Source: Candidatus Pacearchaeota archaeon
GTDB lineage: Archaea > Nanobdellota > Nanobdellia > Pacearchaeales > GW2011-AR1
Direction: 5' to 3'
DNA: 64,000 nt
NCBI GenBank assembly: GCA_041659945.1
Contig: JBAZXH010000001.1
Coordinates: 627,262 to 691,261, forward strand
This document shows, piece by piece, positions 62,653 to 64,000 of this stretch (position 1 is the first letter of the stretch; each line of letters starts with the position of its first letter). A program made the position numbers and the translations under genes. The notes under the pieces are model-generated. The model was not told the origin of the DNA. It ran no database searches and saw nothing but the letters and a program-made list of their open reading frames with translations.

Positions 62653-64000
62653 ATGGTTACTAAACTTCGTAAGCGTGATGGAAGCGTTGTGCTTTTTCAA
62701 AAAGATAAGATAGCTGAGGCTATATGGAAAGCAGTTAAGGCTGTTGGAGGTACAGATAGATCTAGAGCCGATTATCTTGGGGATCTTGTTGTTAAAAAAA
62801 TAAATGAAATGTATGATGAGAATAGTATTCCGGATGTGGAAGTTGTTCAGGATTTAGTTGAAAAGGTTTTGATTGAAGCAGGACATGCTAAAACTGCAAA
62901 GGCCTATATTCTTTACAGACAGAGTCATAGAGAACTAAGGGACATTAAGGGGCTTTTTGATACAATTGAAGCTGTTGATGATTATTTGAGCCTAAATGAC
63001 TGGATGGTTAAAGAAAATTCTAATATGGGTTTTTCTCTTCAGGGATTGAATAATTACATTGCTACAAAAATAATTTCTAACTACTGGATGAGACGTATTT
63101 ATCCTGAGGCAATTAGAAATGCCCATGAGAATGCAGATATTCATGTTCATGATCTTGGCACCCTTGGGGCCTACTGCGTTGGCTGGGATTTGAAAGATCT
63201 TTTAATGACGGGTTTTAAGGGAGTTAGAGGAAAGGTTGAGTGTACTCCTCCAAAGCATTTGAGAACTGCTCTGGGACAGGCAGTTAACTTTTTTTATACG
63301 CTTCAGGGAGAGACTGCAGGAGCACAGGCCTTTTCAAATTTTGATTCTTTATTAGCTCCATTTATTAGATATGATAATCTTAGCTACAAGGAAGTTAAGC
63401 AGGCTATTCAGGAGTTTTTATTTGGTTTGGCTGTACCAACAAGGGTGGGATTTCAAACGCCCTTTACAAATGTTACACTTGATTTGAAAGTTCCAGAGTA
63501 TATGAAAGACGAACATGTGATTATTGGCGGTGTTCCACAAAAGGAAACTTACAAAGAATTTCAAAAAGAAATGGATATGTTTAACAAAGCATTTGCTGAA
63601 GGTATGATTGCTGGTGATGCTTCAGGGAGAGTTTTTACTTTTCCGATACCAACCTACAACATAACAAAAGATTTTGATTGGGAGAACCCAGAGTATAACT
63701 TAATATGGGAAATGACTGCTAAGTATGGGATTCCTTATTTTTCAAATTTTATTAATTCAGATATGAAACCTGAGGATGCTAGAAGTATGTGCTGTCGTTT
63801 AAGATTAGATCAAAAAGAATTAAGAAAACGTGGAGGGGGTTTGTTTGGTGCTAATCCTCAGACCGGATCGATTGGTGTTGTTACAGTTAATCTTCCTAGA
63901 CTTGGATTTGTATCGGCTAATGAAGAAGACTTTTTCAAAAGACTGGGAAATTTAATGGAGTTGGCTAAGGAAAGTCTTGAGATTAAAAGAAAAAATCTTG
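62653..64000 (+). CDS. nrdD: anaerobic ribonucleoside-triphosphate reductase (class III), 3' end outside window
   Basis: My own translation shows an N-terminal ATP-cone (VTKLRKRDGSVVLFQKDKI), then YWMRRIYPEAI, IHVHDLG, FTFPIPTYN, YFSNFINSDM and SMCCRLRLD. The frame is open to the window end. Confidence 0.9.
   Translation, partial: MVTKLRKRDGSVVLFQKDKIAEAIWKAVKAVGGTDRSRADYLGDLVVKKINEMYDENSIPDVEVVQDLVEKVLIEAGHAKTAKAYILYRQSHRELRDIKGLFDTIEAVDDYLSLNDWMVKENSNMGFSLQGLNNYIATKIISNYWMRRIYPEAIRNAHENADIHVHDLGTLGAYCVGWDLKDLLMTGFKGVRGKVECTPPKHLRTALGQAVNFFYTLQGETAGAQAFSNFDSLLAPFIRYDNLSYKEVKQAIQEFLFGLAVPTRVGFQTPFTNVTLDLKVPEYMKDEHVIIGGVPQKETYKEFQKEMDMFNKAFAEGMIAGDASGRVFTFPIPTYNITKDFDWENPEYNLIWEMTAKYGIPYFSNFINSDMKPEDARSMCCRLRLDQKELRKRGGGLFGANPQTGSIGVVTVNLPRLGFVSANEEDFFKRLGNLMELAKESLEIKRKNL

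Overview
AT-rich, tightly packed archaeal chromosome segment. Archaeal markers are a thermosome, r-proteins L10e and L35Ae, a Dph6-type diphthamide ligase, a tRNA-Gly with a 71-nt bulge-helix-bulge intron, and TTTATAA boxes about 25 nt upstream of many start codons, which suggests leaderless mRNAs. The small genes and many orphan proteins fit a DPANN-type (Woese-/Pacearchaeota-like) genome, but that is inference only. I call about 85 CDS, 3 tRNAs (Val-UAC, Gly-GCC with intron, Arg-GCG), and no rRNA, CRISPR array, transposase or integrase. Housekeeping content includes ppsA, thermosome, xth, DEAD-box helicase, SOD/TrxB, NifS/NifU, CopZ/CopA, NrdR/NrdD, TatD, HtpX and LemA. Interleaved with these are blocks of unknown-function genes whose products are visibly less Lys/Asn/Ile-rich: 9672-15300, 19510-23849, 29629-35814 and scattered singletons. 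Several bacterial-type genes also occur: L,D-transpeptidase-like, cfa, patatin, nrdR, denV-like and a beta-barrel-like secreted protein. Most notable observations: (1) a ~135-150 nt element that always sits just after a stop codon, two copies of which form inverted repeats around a 3-gene cassette (1579-5207), with a third copy at 28985-29085. (2) A second post-stop element whose core, including a 21-nt exact match, is also the core of the tRNA-Gly intron. (3) att-like direct repeats of the tRNA-Arg 3' end, delimiting small insertions that carry a gene with cyclodipeptide-synthase-like motif spacing. (4) A translationally coupled operon of beta-barrel-like secreted protein, receiver-like protein(s) and HemK-like methyltransferase, divergent from a radical SAM gene. 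(5) An 8-9 gene coupled operon of envelope-associated unknowns, including a twin-arginine transglutaminase-like protein. (6) A signal-less YkuD domain protein overlapping a MutS-like ATPase. All functional calls rest on motif recognition by eye; no database search was possible.
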